Shown: positions 13,668-27,535, numbered from the stretch's first letter. The stretch is DNA of 64,000 bases from Lama glama (GCA_028534125.1 CM052818.1:30010001-30074000); one strand, 5' to 3'. The notes: generated from the sequence alone by a model not told the origin. Numbers and translations are program-made.

Positions 13668-13947
13668 CTTGTTTTGGATACCTGATCTTCAGATGGAAGA
13701 AAGGGATTATTAACTGTTGCTGAAGAAGTGGTACCAAAAGCGGTGAGGCCCAGTAATTTAATTTGTGAAAGGCCTAAGGTGCTGGCATCACGTGGACGAT
13801 GGAGTCGAAGGCAGACAGCAGAAGCTACTTCAGCTTTAACAAGCTGAATTTTTATGTAGGTGAGACCACTTGTGACAACAGGAGTGGATAATGGTAGCAT
13901 ATTTACCCCATCTGCACTTACTTCAACAGACACTGAGGATGGACAGG
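13668..13947 (-). CDS. BIRC6: BIRC6 coding exon CPSSVSVEVSADG...EDQVSKT, 280 bp
   Basis: cctgtag| and AAG|gtatgt; phase 1-2. Confidence 0.94.
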
Positions 13948-16154
13948 CTACAGGAGACAAATTCAACAATTACTAAAGAAAAAGTAACCAAGACTTTACA
14001 TTTTAGAGGAAATCCCAGTAAAACAGTAGCTTTCAGTTATATTCTTTATGAACTCATAAAAGGAAATTTTTATACCAAATCATACTCTGTCACTGATTTT
14101 CACCATAATTGATTTTGAAGCTATTATATGAAATCCACAGTAAAATAAAAATTATATTTAAAAAATTCTAACATTCACCTAAAAAAGAGAGTAAATGAAG
14201 ATACACAATTCACATGTACTTAATTCTCTCCAAGGGAAAAATAAAAAACAAATAGGCAAATTATCATTTCTACTTTACTTAGAATTATACCAACATAGGA
14301 CATTTGACTATTATGGTTTACTGTTGTAAATAATATGCAAAGGATCTAACAAAAAAAGTATTTTTTATGAATATTATTTTACTATAACCATATTGCTACA
14401 ATTTTAAATACAGCTGAGTTTAGAAATTGCTTTTGCCTCTGATCTTTTTTTTCTTTCAAAATTTTTATAAACATTCAAAAGATTTTTTTTAAATCATTTC
14501 CTGCTAAAATTTAAGGAGGCTCAATGAAGTACCAACTGGCAGCTACTATGGGAAAATTATTTCTTTATCACAAACATGGAAGCCCACATAATAAATATAT
14601 CTATCAACTAAAACAACCTTTAAACTTTGATTTTAATTTTAACTATAAAATTAGGAAGTAACTTTTATTGTATGACAACTACATACCTGGTTTGCATTGA
14701 GAACTAGACAAGTTACATCAATTTTTAAATTTAATCTTACCTTTTGGGGTATTATCCACATTATTTAATCTCTTTGACTGTCAATACAAACTGACACAGT
14801 TAAAGAGATTAAATAATCCAAACTCCCACATGACAAAGGGGACATTTTATATTTAAGCTCATGTTTGATTCTAAAGGCTATGTTATTTCCATTGGAACAC
14901 ACTCAGTTTCTGCTCTGATCCAATAATAAAAATCGAAATGTTTTATTAAGCATAATTATAATACAGAATACCTAAACTATTTATTTTTTATAATGTACAA
15001 AGTTCTCCTTTGTAACATTCTTCCTGTCTCAATTCCTACAAGCAAATTCTAGGCACACTCCAAAGCCACTATTTACATGAACCACCTTCTCCTTCCAAAT
15101 AAAAGCAGTTTCTTCTGCATCTTAGATTATCTCCTAAGTCTTATATACTGATTACATTTTTTGCCATGTAATACAGTTATTTTTGACCTGCTAAAACACT
15201 GTAGGTTAGTCTATTTTCCTTCTGCCATTTTATTTATTATATCTATTTTAACTTAATACATGTGGATTCTACAATTATATTAGGGCATAATAATAATCTA
15301 ATCTTGCAAATAAGTAGGAAAATTTATTCTTCCAAATACGCCAGGTCTACAAAATTTCCCATAGTTCTGCATTGAACTACTGTGTGACATATGACAGCAA
15401 TCAGAATCAATCAATGAAGATAAACAAATGTGACAACTTCAACAATTCTGTACAAATTCTTACATTTACATTTATATTGAAAGAATTTGGTGACCAACAT
15501 AAATGCAAAATAGTACTTCACATTCCTTTATGAATACTTGAAAGAGTTCCTGCTCCTCTTAATGTATAACTTGTTTTCTAAAAATTCTTTTGAATTATTT
15601 AACTTGCAAAGTTACAACAAAATGTATTCAATAGAAATTTATCAAGTGATGCTCAAAATGTTAAAAATTTAAAAATCACAAATATTAAAAATATTACTCA
15701 AAATATTGTAATAAACAATTCTTTTGAGATGTAATTATCTTACAGTTGGGAGGGGATCTATGCTAATTTCACATTACAGAGCTAGGACTGAGGACCAGGC
15801 TAGAAAAACAAAAGACTATTATCTATAGTTATGTAAACTAACTCATTTTGACATAATGTTATAGCTTAATAAATTTGGGGAAAGAGGAAAGGTAAAATAG
15901 TATTTAACTGGAATATATCTGTTTGAATTTCACCACACATTTCTATTTGTTTCAGAGGAATAGCCATGCTAATTCATTTCATGGGAAATGATTTGGTGGT
16001 AATGTTAAAAGTTATATTAAAAACTGTTCAATATTAACCAACCTGGAAATTGTATCTAAGTGTACCATTGTTTGCTAAATACTTTGCTCATTTTTAGATA
16101 CTTCTATATTATAGTTTATTTTCATGATGGGTCTTAACAAAAAATACTACTCAC

Positions 16155-16355
16155 TTGCAAGAGATGCAAGGTGAGGTTGGATATGTATCTCTTTAAGAAG
16201 CACTGCTGCAGGAAGGTGAATGGTAAGGTCACACCAAGCCTCCTCGGGCAGAAAGATGTAGGACCAAGCAGCAGAACGAGCTCTTCTGTGAGGTGGTGTG
16301 GCCTGCAAAAGCACCTCGGCCGGTTGGGCAGTAGGACTGCTAGATGTGATTGTAC
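16155..16355 (-). CDS. BIRC6: BIRC6 coding exon (G)TITSSSPTAQPAEV...PHLASLA, 201 bp
   Basis: cttgcag| and CAA|gtgagt; phase 1-1; acceptor is duplicated upstream (see findings). Confidence 0.93.
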
Positions 16356-16509
16356 CTGCAAGAAGATATTTTAAATAAAATTAAAACTTGTAAAAGAAAC
16401 ACAATAAAGCACTCGGCCGGTTGGGCAGTAGGACTGCTAGATGTGATTGTACCTGCAAGAAGATACTTTAAATAAAATTAAAACTTGCAAAAGAAACAAA
16501 ATAAAGCAC
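16316..16509. repeat. Tandem duplication, 2 x 97 bp, spanning an intron-exon junction
   Basis: 16316-16412 and 16413-16509 are identical except for 3 substitutions. Confidence 0.95.
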
Positions 16510-17252
16510 CAAGAACTATTCAAATCATAAAATTACACTAGAAAAATTAGCTAAAAATATGAACATTTGATAGTCTGAGTGTACTCAGTACACTTTGCAT
16601 AATTTGTCACAGTACTCACAAGACATTCGGACATCCACTCAGCTGGCAAGGTGGCATTCACTGTTAACCACTGCTTAATTTCTTTATATTCACATGTCAT
16701 ATGAAAACTAAACTACCAACAACAAATTCAGCACAATAATTCTCAAATGATATTAAGTAAAAAAAACAATGTCCAAGACAGCCTTCAACTTGAAAATAAT
16801 CACTTTTATTTTAAATTGTCAATGTTCATCAGTTAGAAATATGAAATAAATATAATATAAAAAGAAACTAGGTAGCCTGGGAAAAACAGTATTTAAATCT
16901 GAAGCTTCTTAAAAAGGAAAATACCACTCAAAATAAGAAAGAACAAATTTCTCTAAACTGGTTAACATTTACAGTGAAAACTGACATAAGAATCTACTTT
17001 TTCATTTCATAAATTGTGCTTCTAAGTAAACTCAAAAATAAAAACAAATTTTATTACTAAAGAACTATTAAAAACTTCCTTCTAATCAGTAGAATGTTTG
17101 AAAAACTACTACCTTTAAAAATCAATGGTTTGTAATTAAAATGGTAATATTACAACACAATCAGCTTACTCTGACAACTATTTTCACTTCATACCAGCTA
17201 ATGAACTACTATATAAATTCACACCAATAACATGTAATAACTCTTTTCTTAC

Positions 17253-17447
17253 CCAGCGGTGCAAAATTATGGATCCCTTCTGCATTGTCAGGCTCAGAAG
17301 CGAGTATTCTTGTTTTCAAAGTGCTGTCAACAGCTTTATTCGGACCAGAGTCAAGAAATTTCATAATAGTTGAAACCATACTTCTTGCAGTGTTTACAAT
17401 AGCCCTTGTACTAGTAACCATATTGTTGCAAATGAGCTGAACACCAC
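17253..17447 (-). CDS. BIRC6: BIRC6 coding exon (G)GVQLICNNMV...HNFAPL, 195 bp
   Basis: aatttag| and TGG|gtaaga; phase 1-1. Confidence 0.94.
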
Positions 17448-17595
17448 CTAAATTTACAAAGAATACTAAATGAAAATTATCTTTACATAGATAATTTAAC
17501 ACTGAGTCAACTTTCATAGAAAACTACAAAAATAAGAACATAATGTACTATCAAATGATTACACTTAAATGACAGTTTTGGAAATTTCATCTTAC

Positions 17596-17692
17596 CCATA
17601 TCATGGAACGCTTTCAAGGCATCACTAGTATCCAGCACTCTCAAAATGAACCACAAAAGTGGTTCAGATAACTGGCAAGTAGCAAGAGAACC
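17596..17692 (-). CDS. BIRC6: BIRC6 coding exon GSLATCQLSEPLLWF...AFHDM, 97 bp
   Basis: gttttag| and TGG|gtaaga; phase 0-1. Confidence 0.92.
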
Positions 17693-18654
17693 CTAAAACA
17701 CAAACAAAAAACCCCACACATGTATACTGTGATTTTTAAAAGGTGATTATTAATTACATGTGAATTAGGACAATTAAATTTCTTATAGAACGTAATATTC
17801 TTTTACAGTTAATTTTCATAAAACGGCAACCTTAATCTAAATCACTAAATACAAGTGTCTGCCAAAATACCTAAGAAATCTTACCCAAATCAAACAGGAC
17901 ATAAACAGTATCTTCTCTGAACACAGCATATTTTAAGCATCTGTCTCTATGTACTGTTATCATTTTCCACCTTAATGTGCATTAATTTTGCTTTCCACTA
18001 GACAGTACCTTCATTTAATCACATATTTACATGCAATATAATATATATGCGTAGTCAAACTGTAATAATTCTATCTAATAGAACTGAAAAAAGAAAAAAA
18101 ACCTATCCTTCTCAAGTATCTTTGTATATTCCAATGGAGAAATATATACATATATGTCATATACTATGAAAACTGTAATTACACACTGACTCATTTTCTA
18201 AAAAGGAAACTTAAGAAGTAGTAATATTCAAATCTATTTTTCTTTTAAAATTATCCTAACCCCTTTTAACTGAAAGTAAGCTAAATACGAAGCTTAAGCT
18301 TTGGGAAAAAAAACCTCATTAAATTTTCATGTGTAACGTCTACGAAGAACATTTTGTTACTCAATTATGTTATTTTTGGAGAAAAAAAAGAACTACTTCT
18401 TAAGACAATGGAAAGAAATCCTAAAATTTTAAAATATGTTAAATATTTTATTTTTACATCACTGTAGTCATCTTTAACAGAATCACTTCAAGGAACCTTT
18501 ACTCTTCAACTTCTATTACTAATCTATAGTTCTGACCCGATGATTCTGTTCATTTTCTAATATATAATATGAGTACTCTGCCTTACAAATAATTCCCTGC
18601 AACCATTGCTAGAAACTACTTAAGTTACTGCGAATGTTGCTAGGCTGAACTCAC

Positions 18655-18830
18655 CTGTCTGCCCATATATCCACAGGCCATGTAGGTTAAAATTGGCTGC
18701 AGCATCATATGAACTGTAGAAGCTTTTTTACTAAGGGTTGTTAATATTGTAAATAATCCATCCCCGACCGATATTGCATCTAAACCACCATGAAAGTTTT
18801 CGTGTTTGGTCAGATGTAATCCACTTGCTC
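18655..18830 (-). CDS. BIRC6: BIRC6 coding exon (G)ASGLHLTKHENF...GYMGRQ, 176 bp
   Basis: aaactag| and CAG|gtgagt; phase 1-0. Confidence 0.93.
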
Positions 18831-19787
18831 CTAGTTTAAATAAAAAGATTACACATTTTTTTAAAAGCATATTCTTAAATACCAGTAATAATTAAAATAG
18901 AGAGGCTTAAAAGCCGTTTTTTCCCCAAAACCACTGAAAGATGAGTACATAATAGCTGTGTGTGTGTCTGTGTATACATATACATGTATCTAGAAATTAA
19001 AATATCTCTAACATGCAGTAGAACACATTTTTGTTATTTTTTATATGAGACACCTCTATTGTTGGTAACAACAAAAAGTTGCTCTATTATATGCTAAGGA
19101 ACATCATTATACATATCAAGAAGAAAAGGAGAGAAAAATAAGGGATACTGTTACATAATTACACTTCAAAACTTTTAATCCAAAAGAAGATATGGCTGCT
19201 TCCCTTACACGAAGGAAGAAATAACAATAAGCAAAAATATATCAATAATGGGTTTTATCACAATTCACAGAAATTCAATTAGTTTAAAAAACTAACACAT
19301 TAGCTTTCAAATAGGTAGAAAAGTAAAGCAACAATATATAAATTTTACATTGATATATGTCATAGAAACTGTTACATTGTGAACAAAATTTTATACTTCA
19401 CTTTTTAAGAAACTGAATAAATAAATCTTACTGGTTGCCTAATACAAAATTTGATGTGAAATTCTTCATCTTGAAAATGTTAGATACAAGGTTACAAATT
19501 ATGTTACCTAACTTACAAGACTGATTTTCCCCCTTAATTTACCTCAATACAAGTTATTTTGTTAGTATTTTCCAATTTTCAAAAAATTCACACTTAAATA
19601 TTTTCAATATTTCAATTTACTGATTGAAGCCACTCTACAGAAGTTTTCACTAAGAAAAATCAGTCACGTTAAGTTTACAATAAAGTATTGTGCACTATAA
19701 AGCAAAAAGAAAATTAATTTATACATTGCTAAAGAAAAAAGATACAGTACCAGAAACAAGTATAAGATTAATATTTTCAATACGTAC

Positions 19788-20350
19788 CAATTATCATCGC
19801 CATGGCACTGCTATTACACAGGCCCAGAGCAGACAAAATCTGGCTCATTATCTGTTGGTTGGCTAACACTAAGTCAGCAACATATGCAGGTGATCCTTGA
19901 ATACTACTACTGCTTCCATTACCATCTTTTCCTCCTGAAACTTTTTCTTCATCTGAAACACTGTCTGTCGTATTGGTGGTCACAGACACTCTTGCACTGT
20001 ATTCCCTATTGCCCGAAAGAGGCAGCTGTACTAAAATGTTAACCAGTTTTAACAAATCAAACATGAGTTGATCTCTTGTCATTTCACCACAAACTGCTTT
20101 TGCATCACCTGGACGAATGAGGTTGGCAAAGAGTCCCCCAAAGCATGCTCGAGCACCCACTGAGCTATCTGATCCACTTCGAGACATTACTTTGTCTGAG
20201 CAAGTGATATAGTGGTGCACTAAAAAGGTGACAGATTCTATCACAGCAGAAATAGTACTAACTGAAACGACTTCAAAATTCTGCTCCAGAGTGAATTCTA
20301 AGAGCTTTACTTGGGCATCAAGAGGTCCTTGGCCTGTCTGGAAGGCACCC
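19788..20350 (-). CDS. BIRC6: BIRC6 coding exon GAFQTGQGPLDAQ...SAMAMII, 563 bp
   Basis: tctccag| and TTG|gtacgt; matches ORF 19777..20370; phase 2-1. Confidence 0.95.
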
Positions 20351-20799
20351 CTGGAGAAAAAAGGAGACAATTAAAAATTAGTCCATTTTGAGTTGTTTTG
20401 AAAGAAGTAACTGCCACAACACAAGGAAGCTAAACAATAATTAAACTCTTGGTATTTACTATTTCATTTTGTAGCAGTTTCTACCTCTTCCTGAGTCCTT
20501 CTTGTTCCTGCCTCCACTTACACAAAGTCAAAAATAACTTCCTTTCCAAATAGAAAACTAAAGGATAAGTAAATCAAAGAGGTGATTTCTAAACTAGAGA
20601 CTAGTCCTCATAATGAAAGAGCCCTGGTTTGTTAAAACCTCAAATGCTGTTAGTTTAAACATTTCCTACTGATTTCGATTTTTTAAAGTGAAGATTCAAT
20701 CAGATAATTCTTATGCATCAAAACTGAATGCTCTCAAGTTCTGTTTATGCCTAAGATACAGAAAGTTGCAAAGATCAATCCCAACTTAACAATTTAAAA

Positions 20800-21420
20800 A
20801 AAGCCAAATTAACTATAAAGTCATAACTTTTCTTGAATCCATCAGAGAGCTGAGGTCACAGAGTTCCAAAAAAGCCTTAAATCCATAAAAAGATAGGCAC
20901 CTCCAAGGAGACAGAATACGAGCATTAGCTATCCTGTGGCAGAATTTGGGAAGACAAGATGTTGGCAATATCCAAATGGGTAAGAGGAATTCAGCTAAAA
21001 CATCTAACAAACTGTTAAGAGGGTAATAACACTGAACCCTTGAAGTTCACACAGACACCGTCCCTCATCATCCCCCACACACATCTTGCCCTTTGCATCT
21101 ATTCGATTTGGCTGTTCCGGAGCTTTATACTTTATAATAAACTGGTAAATGTAAGTAACGCAATTTTCCTGAGTTCTATGAGTCGTTCAAGAAAATTACT
21201 GAATCTGAAGAGGGGATTGTGAGAACATGTGAATTTGTAGTCAAATCATACAGAAGTGTGGGTAACCTGGGGACCTCGGAGTTGCAAGTGCCCTCTAAGG
21301 TAAAGACAATCTTGAGGGACTGAGCAGTTAAAACTATAAATGTGAAGCTAACTTTGGATAGTGGTGGAATAGGGCTGAATTGTTACACAGGGTTGATGTC
21401 AGAAAATCAGAGAAATGGTG
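20800..21420 (+). mobile_element. LTR relic, MER21-like
   Basis: aataaactggtaaatgtaagt...ttcctgagttctatgagtcgtt...gaggggattgtgagaac motif; boundaries approximate. Confidence 0.55.
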
Positions 21421-21476
21421 TTAAAAAAGACACCAGGTATTTGGTGTTAGTGAAAAAAAATCTCAAATAGCAATAG

Positions 21477-21495
21477 TATATATATATATATATCT

Positions 21496-21520
<25 letters not shown>
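21477..21520. repeat. Interrupted (TA)n microsatellite
   Basis: Direct observation. Confidence 0.9.
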
Positions 21521-21526
<6 letters not shown>

Positions 21527-21529
21527 GTA

Positions 21530-24220
21530 TCTCTCTCCCACTGGAGAGAAGGAAACACTCTCTTGCTGAGAAATGACCAAAGACACAAGCCAGAGTCTGG
21601 CTGACAAAAGGAATGAGAAAAATTATTGAGAAAGCTCCTCCCATAAGGACCAGTCACAGAGGGCCTGCCCAAGACTGAGCCAGGACCAGAATATCAGAGA
21701 ACATCTGCCATCACTAGGAGTCTATGGGACATTAAGAAACAAGCAAAAGCAACTGACTGCTAGAGATGGAGCCATGGAGAGAAAGTCTCGCTGTGGTACA
21801 AACGTATAAGGAAGAACAAAAGCTAAGAATGTTGCAAGGACACTGGGAACAATTCCATGTATCCCAACTCACACTGAAGGAGAAGTTAACTAGATCATTT
21901 TGAAGCTGATGTAACACTAAAGGTAACCATAGCAACAAAAAAACCAAACCAAGGTCAAATTCTGAAAAGAGTGACTCAAATCCTCACGCTAATAATCCAT
22001 TACAAGAGGCTTGTCCACTTTCAGGCCTAAATACTACTTACTTCAGTGTCAAAAAGATATGTGGTTATCTAAAGAAAAAACTGTAGGAATGTATTAGTTT
22101 ACAGCATATGTAAAAGTAAACTAGATAATTAAATCACAAAGATGGGAGAAACAAACTGTAAACATACTGTTGTAAACTTCTGACATACGTGATTTAAGGT
22201 ATAAAAATATTTGAAGGCAGAATGTTATGAAATAAAGATGTGTACTGCAAAGCTAATTCAAATTTTTTTTGTTATAGATAATAAGACAACACTAGAAACA
22301 AAATGAAATCACAATAGCATAGGGAGCTATATTCAATAACTTGAAATAGCCTATAATAAAAAAGAATATGAAAAGGAATATGTATGTATATATATAAAAC
22401 TGAATTACTACAACGTACACCAGAAATTAACACAAAATTGTAAACCAACTATATTTCAATAAAAAAAATTATAAAAAATTACTTAATCCAAAAGTAGGCA
22501 AGAAAAAAATTTTTTTGAAGGGAAGAACAGATTAAATAAACAGAAAACTGGCAAACTGATAATTTTAGTCTACTATATCAATAATTACAATTAAATGTAA
22601 AATAGTCTAAATAGATTAGTTAAGAGAAAGATATCGTCAAATACTTATATAAGAAAAGCTGAGAGGTCTCAAATCAATCTAAACTAGAAAAGAGCAAATA
22701 AAACTCAAAAAAACTGGAAAGGAGGAAGTAATAATTATTAGAGAAAAAAATCAATGAAACTAGAAATGAAAAAATAGAGAATATCAACAAAACTTTAAAT
22801 TGGTTCTTTTAAAATATCAATAATATTATAAACTTCCAGAAGATGAACAAAAATAAAGATTAAAATTACCAATATCAAAAATGATAGAATGAATGAACTG
22901 CATCCTATAAAAATTAAAAGGAAAATAATACAAATAAATTCAACAATGTAGATGAAATGAATAAATTCCTTCAAGACACAAAACGCCAAAGCTCACGCAA
23001 GAAGAAAGAAAATCTTAATAATCCTTTACCTATAAAATAAATAGAAAAAATTTTAAAACTCCAGACACAGGATGCCTCAATGGCAATTACTAGCGAATAT
23101 TTAAGTAAGAAATAACCCAGTTTTACACATCCTCTTCCAAACGGAACACTCATTTTAGGAGTCCTGTATTACCTTGACATAAAAACCAAAGACATTATTT
23201 TTAAAGATGCAAATATTTCTATTTAACATAGATTCAAAAATGTTCAACAAAATATTAATTAATTAAATCCAGCAAGATATAAATAGGATCATACCATGAA
23301 CAGGTGAACATACCCTGGGAACACAAAATGATCAACACTTTTTTTTCTAAATCAATGTAATTTATCATATCTGTAGACACATGATCATTTCAACAGGTTC
23401 AGAAAAAGCAAAAAAGATGTACACATTATTCAATGACCACATGACTGTGTACAAAGAAAAGTCACATATATATATATCACTCTATATAACTATTTTTATG
23501 TCTCCATGTATAACTATATCTATAAATACATTTATGACTCTTCTCCAATTCATCTACATATTGACACATATTCAATTAAAATCCAACGAAATTGTTTTTT
23601 TGTTTTGTTTTGTTTTTGTAAGGGTGGAGGTGGGGGTATCAATAACCTGATCCTAAAACTTACACAGAAAAGCAAAGAAAGTAGAATAGCCAAAACAATT
23701 CTGAAAAAAGAACAAAGATGGAAAATCTATACTATCAGACTTCAAGAAACAATAAAAAATACCAAAGCAGTGTAATATTGGTAAAGAACAGACAAAAAAA
23801 TCAATTCTATAGAGTTCAGAAATCAAGCAAAATAAATAAGGTCAACTGATTTTTGAAAGTGGCACAAAGAGAATTCAATTTAAAAAGGATGTTTTTTCAA
23901 CAAACAGTACAGGAACAATTGAACATCATCCATAAGCCAAGAAAAAAAAAGAACTCTGACACAAATGCAAACATTAACTTAACATAAAGTTAAACGTAAA
24001 ATCTGAAACTATAAAATTTATAAGAAAACATAGGAGATCATCTCTAAGACCTGGGTTAAGCAACGCTATTTTTACGATACAAAAATAATAATAATATAAA
24101 GCTGACAATATTTCTTCAAAATTAAAAGCTGCTTTTTGAAAGATATTGTTAAGAAAATGAAAATATAATCTACAGGCAAAGAGAAACTATCTACTAAACA
24201 CTTATCTGATAAAAATCAGT
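21530..24220 (+). mobile_element. Fragmented old L1 (ORF2 remnants) with a nested younger L1 3' end at ~22314-22470
   Basis: ORF2-like motifs (gatgaaatgaataaattcct, agaatagccaaaacaattctgaaaaag); gtacaccagaaattaacacaaaattgtaaaccaactatatttcaat-A tail. Confidence 0.7.
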
Positions 24221-25957
24221 GCCCTCTTCATATGAAGAATGGGTATTTCTTTTCAATTCATATTATCAATTTAACTGAAGAGCTAATTTATTGGGATACC
24301 AGAGACTTTCTTAAAAACACACAAAACAAAGGAAACAAAAACTAAGAAATATTTTTGGGCCAGCATTATGGAGGCAATTAAAGAAAATGTATGAGGTGTG
24401 TGTAGGGTGGAAGAGGATGAAAAAGTAGTTGGTAAAAAAAAAAACGCTTCTAATCAGTTTTTGAGAAACGTAAATCTACAAATATTTTCACTTAAAAAAA
24501 AGATTTAAAGATATAAAAGATTTTTTAAAACAGATAGCATGTAATAAGCTAAAAATAAGACTAACATTTCTGTAGGAAATTAATATTAGAGTAAATACAT
24601 TGAATTTTCGTATGAAAATCTTTTACTGCTAGACTCTACAGAAACAGATCTAAAGTCTTCAGTAAGTATATTTAGAGGTCTCTCGAACAGTTTTTTTAAA
24701 AAGCCTAGTTAAAAGAAAAATGAAATACATGGTGACTGATTTTTTTCTTGTCAGTTGGTTTTATTTATATCATACAAAATCCTCAGGGTCACGTTTCCAA
24801 ATACACACATGCATACCATACAGCAAGCCTTTGATTTTGTGACTAACTTCTTCCGGCGCCTATGCTTCACTCACTGCGTACACACTACAAACAGGCTGAA
24901 CTACAACCACATGAATGTTTCAAAATAGTTACAAAGGAGGAAGAAAACAAAAAGCAGATAGTACCATGAGATAAAAATTTTTGCAACTATGAAAACATAT
25001 TTCCATATAAGTTCTGTATATTAGTTTTTATATTAGGTTTAAGGTATTCTGCTACAGATCTATAAAAAATAACTATTATTAAAAGTTACTAATTTTTATG
25101 CTTTTATAAACTATACCTTTTTCTGAATTCTAATATTTAAAAACTAATTTTTAAAGTCATGTAATCTACAAATGATTTTAACCATTTTCTAATATCATTA
25201 AAAATGTTTTTAAATTCATTGGCACTTCCAGAATGAAATTAAATAATAAAGATAGCAAATAATACCTTTAACTTGTTTTTGATATTAATATAAATTTTTA
25301 AAATAATCAAACATGCTGTAGTTTGCTTTGTTCATCATAGTTTTTTATATAACTTTAAATTATATGACACTATTTATATTTCATTAAAAAATTTTCTCAG
25401 AAAGTAATGCTGGATTTTATAAAATGTCTTATAGTATGATGAAATGATTCATTAATATGATATATATCATATACTGAACTATGCATTTCAAGCATCAATG
25501 CATCATGGTCACATTTTAATCTTTTTAACCTAGTGCCTGATTTTGGTAGTAATTTATTTAAGATTTCTATATGAGATTAGTATTTAATTTTTTTTAAGCT
25601 AACTTTTCGGGTTAGAGTTAGATCAAATGTAAGTTTCAAATAAAATCATTGGTAACTTTAATTCTCTACCTGTATTCTAGAACAATTTAAACAGCTTCAA
25701 GTAAATTTCATCTAGAAGGTTTATAATTACTAATCTATGAACCCATTATTCCTTTCACAATAGAGTTTAGGATCTGGGACAGCAAAATGAAATGAAAACA
25801 ACCAAGAAACACATCAATAAACCTTATCTTCTTAATCCCTACTATCCTCCTGCTTATCTGTCCCCAGATAAACCTCCAGCAAGTGATAAGGGCATATTTA
25901 TTAAGAAGATTACCGATTGCTTCTACATCAGGAATATATGTACAGGCTGAAATTTAC

Positions 25958-26085
25958 CTTTCTGTTGAAAGTATATGAATTAGCTTGAGCAAAAATTCAC
26001 TGAATATCTGAGGACATGTTGAAGAAAGATGCACTTGTAATCGGGTAAGAAATTCTTGCATAGCTTGTGTAGCTGTTGGCCCAAC
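25958..26085 (-). CDS. BIRC6: BIRC6 coding exon VGPTATQAMQEFL...HILSTE(R), 128 bp
   Basis: ttttcag| and AAG|gtaaat; phase 0-2. Confidence 0.93.
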
Positions 26086-27506
26086 CTGAAAAAAAATGAA
26101 GTTCTGTTGAAAACTGCTTACTGATCCCACTCAGAATTATTCATTTAAAAAGTATCAAGTGTTAAGTCAAGAGCTATACCGTTGTAACTTCTCATTTGAA
26201 GAACAAAAATATTAATAGTGATAGCTGGAAACCAATTTATTTTTAAGTCTCGATATATTATTTTAAATAGAAAATTATAGATTTATTATCAGTATTTTTT
26301 TCATTATGGTCTAGAACAACTTATATTAGGTTCATTTAACTTAATACAGAAAAAGATTCACCTGAATTACATGAGAAATATCTTCATAATGCTTTCAAAA
26401 GTACAAAGAACTTATGTATTGATTTTCAAAAACAATTTTATTAATTATCCCATTTCAAAACACAAGAACTCAGACTCAGAGGGGTTAAATGATCCACAAA
26501 AAGTCATGCTTCTAATGACCAGCAGAGCAAAAAATAAAGTAAATGAAAAACAAAACACAAAACACCGTATAAACAAAAAACCCTAAAGCTTAAAACCTGT
26601 ACCAATTCATAAAAAACTGCTTTCCCAAATTTCTGTCTCATCAGTGAAAAAAATGATAGTGAGAACCACACTAAGTATCCTAAAGTATGTTTTGAAATGT
26701 TCTCCTACATATTATTTTATTTGATCCTAATTTAGTATAATCATAAAACCTTAAAGGAGCTTTGAAAAAATAAAATGCAGTATAATTCTAAAAACCATTT
26801 TAGAGTTAGATAAACTTAATTTCTAATAATCAGCATACAAATCATATTAATAACCAAACTTCCTATATAAAACCAAAATATCTGAGGAAAGCTTGATCCT
26901 CAATAACTTTTACTCAGCCTTTAAAGAAAAAAAGAGAGGAAAAAATATTTTATACAGTGGCATGCCCCCTGACACCCAGGCTCTGCTAACTAGCTGTATA
27001 ATTGCAGGCAATGCAAATAATGCATATTTTCTCATATGTAAAATAATGAAGTTGGAATCAGTGATTTCAGGAATCCTCACATTCAAAATTCACACAATCT
27101 TTATGTATAATAATCACTTGATAACATGCCTCTGTCCCCATCAAAACTCTGGCCCAATCTAACTACAAGTAGTTTCTTCTTTCTCATTCTTTACCTTGTC
27201 TCTTTTATTTTACTATGCTCTACAAAAATTAGTCTATTCAGTATAAGAGTACTGACTAAATGTATCCAACAAAATTTAAGCTCCAAGAAAGGCAGAGACT
27301 CAGACAGGCTAACTACTTATATCCCCTAACTACTATAACAGTACCTAGACTTAGCATAAATAAAAGCATATAGCTAAGAAAAAAAAGATGATAACTTTGA
27401 AAGATAATCTTGACTAACATCCATTAAAAAGCTGCTATGAACACTAAATATTTTATGTGAAAAGAAATATACTGAAGGAAAAATACTTTTAAAACAGTAT
27501 GATATA

Positions 27507-27535
27507 GTCTACCCTGAATGTGTCCGATCTCGTCT
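27507..27535 (+). pseudogene. Tailless 5S rRNA retro-fragment (5' end of 5S, internally deleted)
   Basis: gtctac+cctgaatgtgtccgatctcgtct resembles 5S GTCTAC...CCTGAACGCGCCCGATCTCGTCT; flanked by perfect 16-bp direct repeats aaaacagtatgatata. Confidence 0.75.

Noticed and set aside
22795..23775. Several 60-90 aa ORFs
   Set aside because: Decayed L1 ORF2 remnants and their antisense frames; the same applies to the ORFs at 56061-58626
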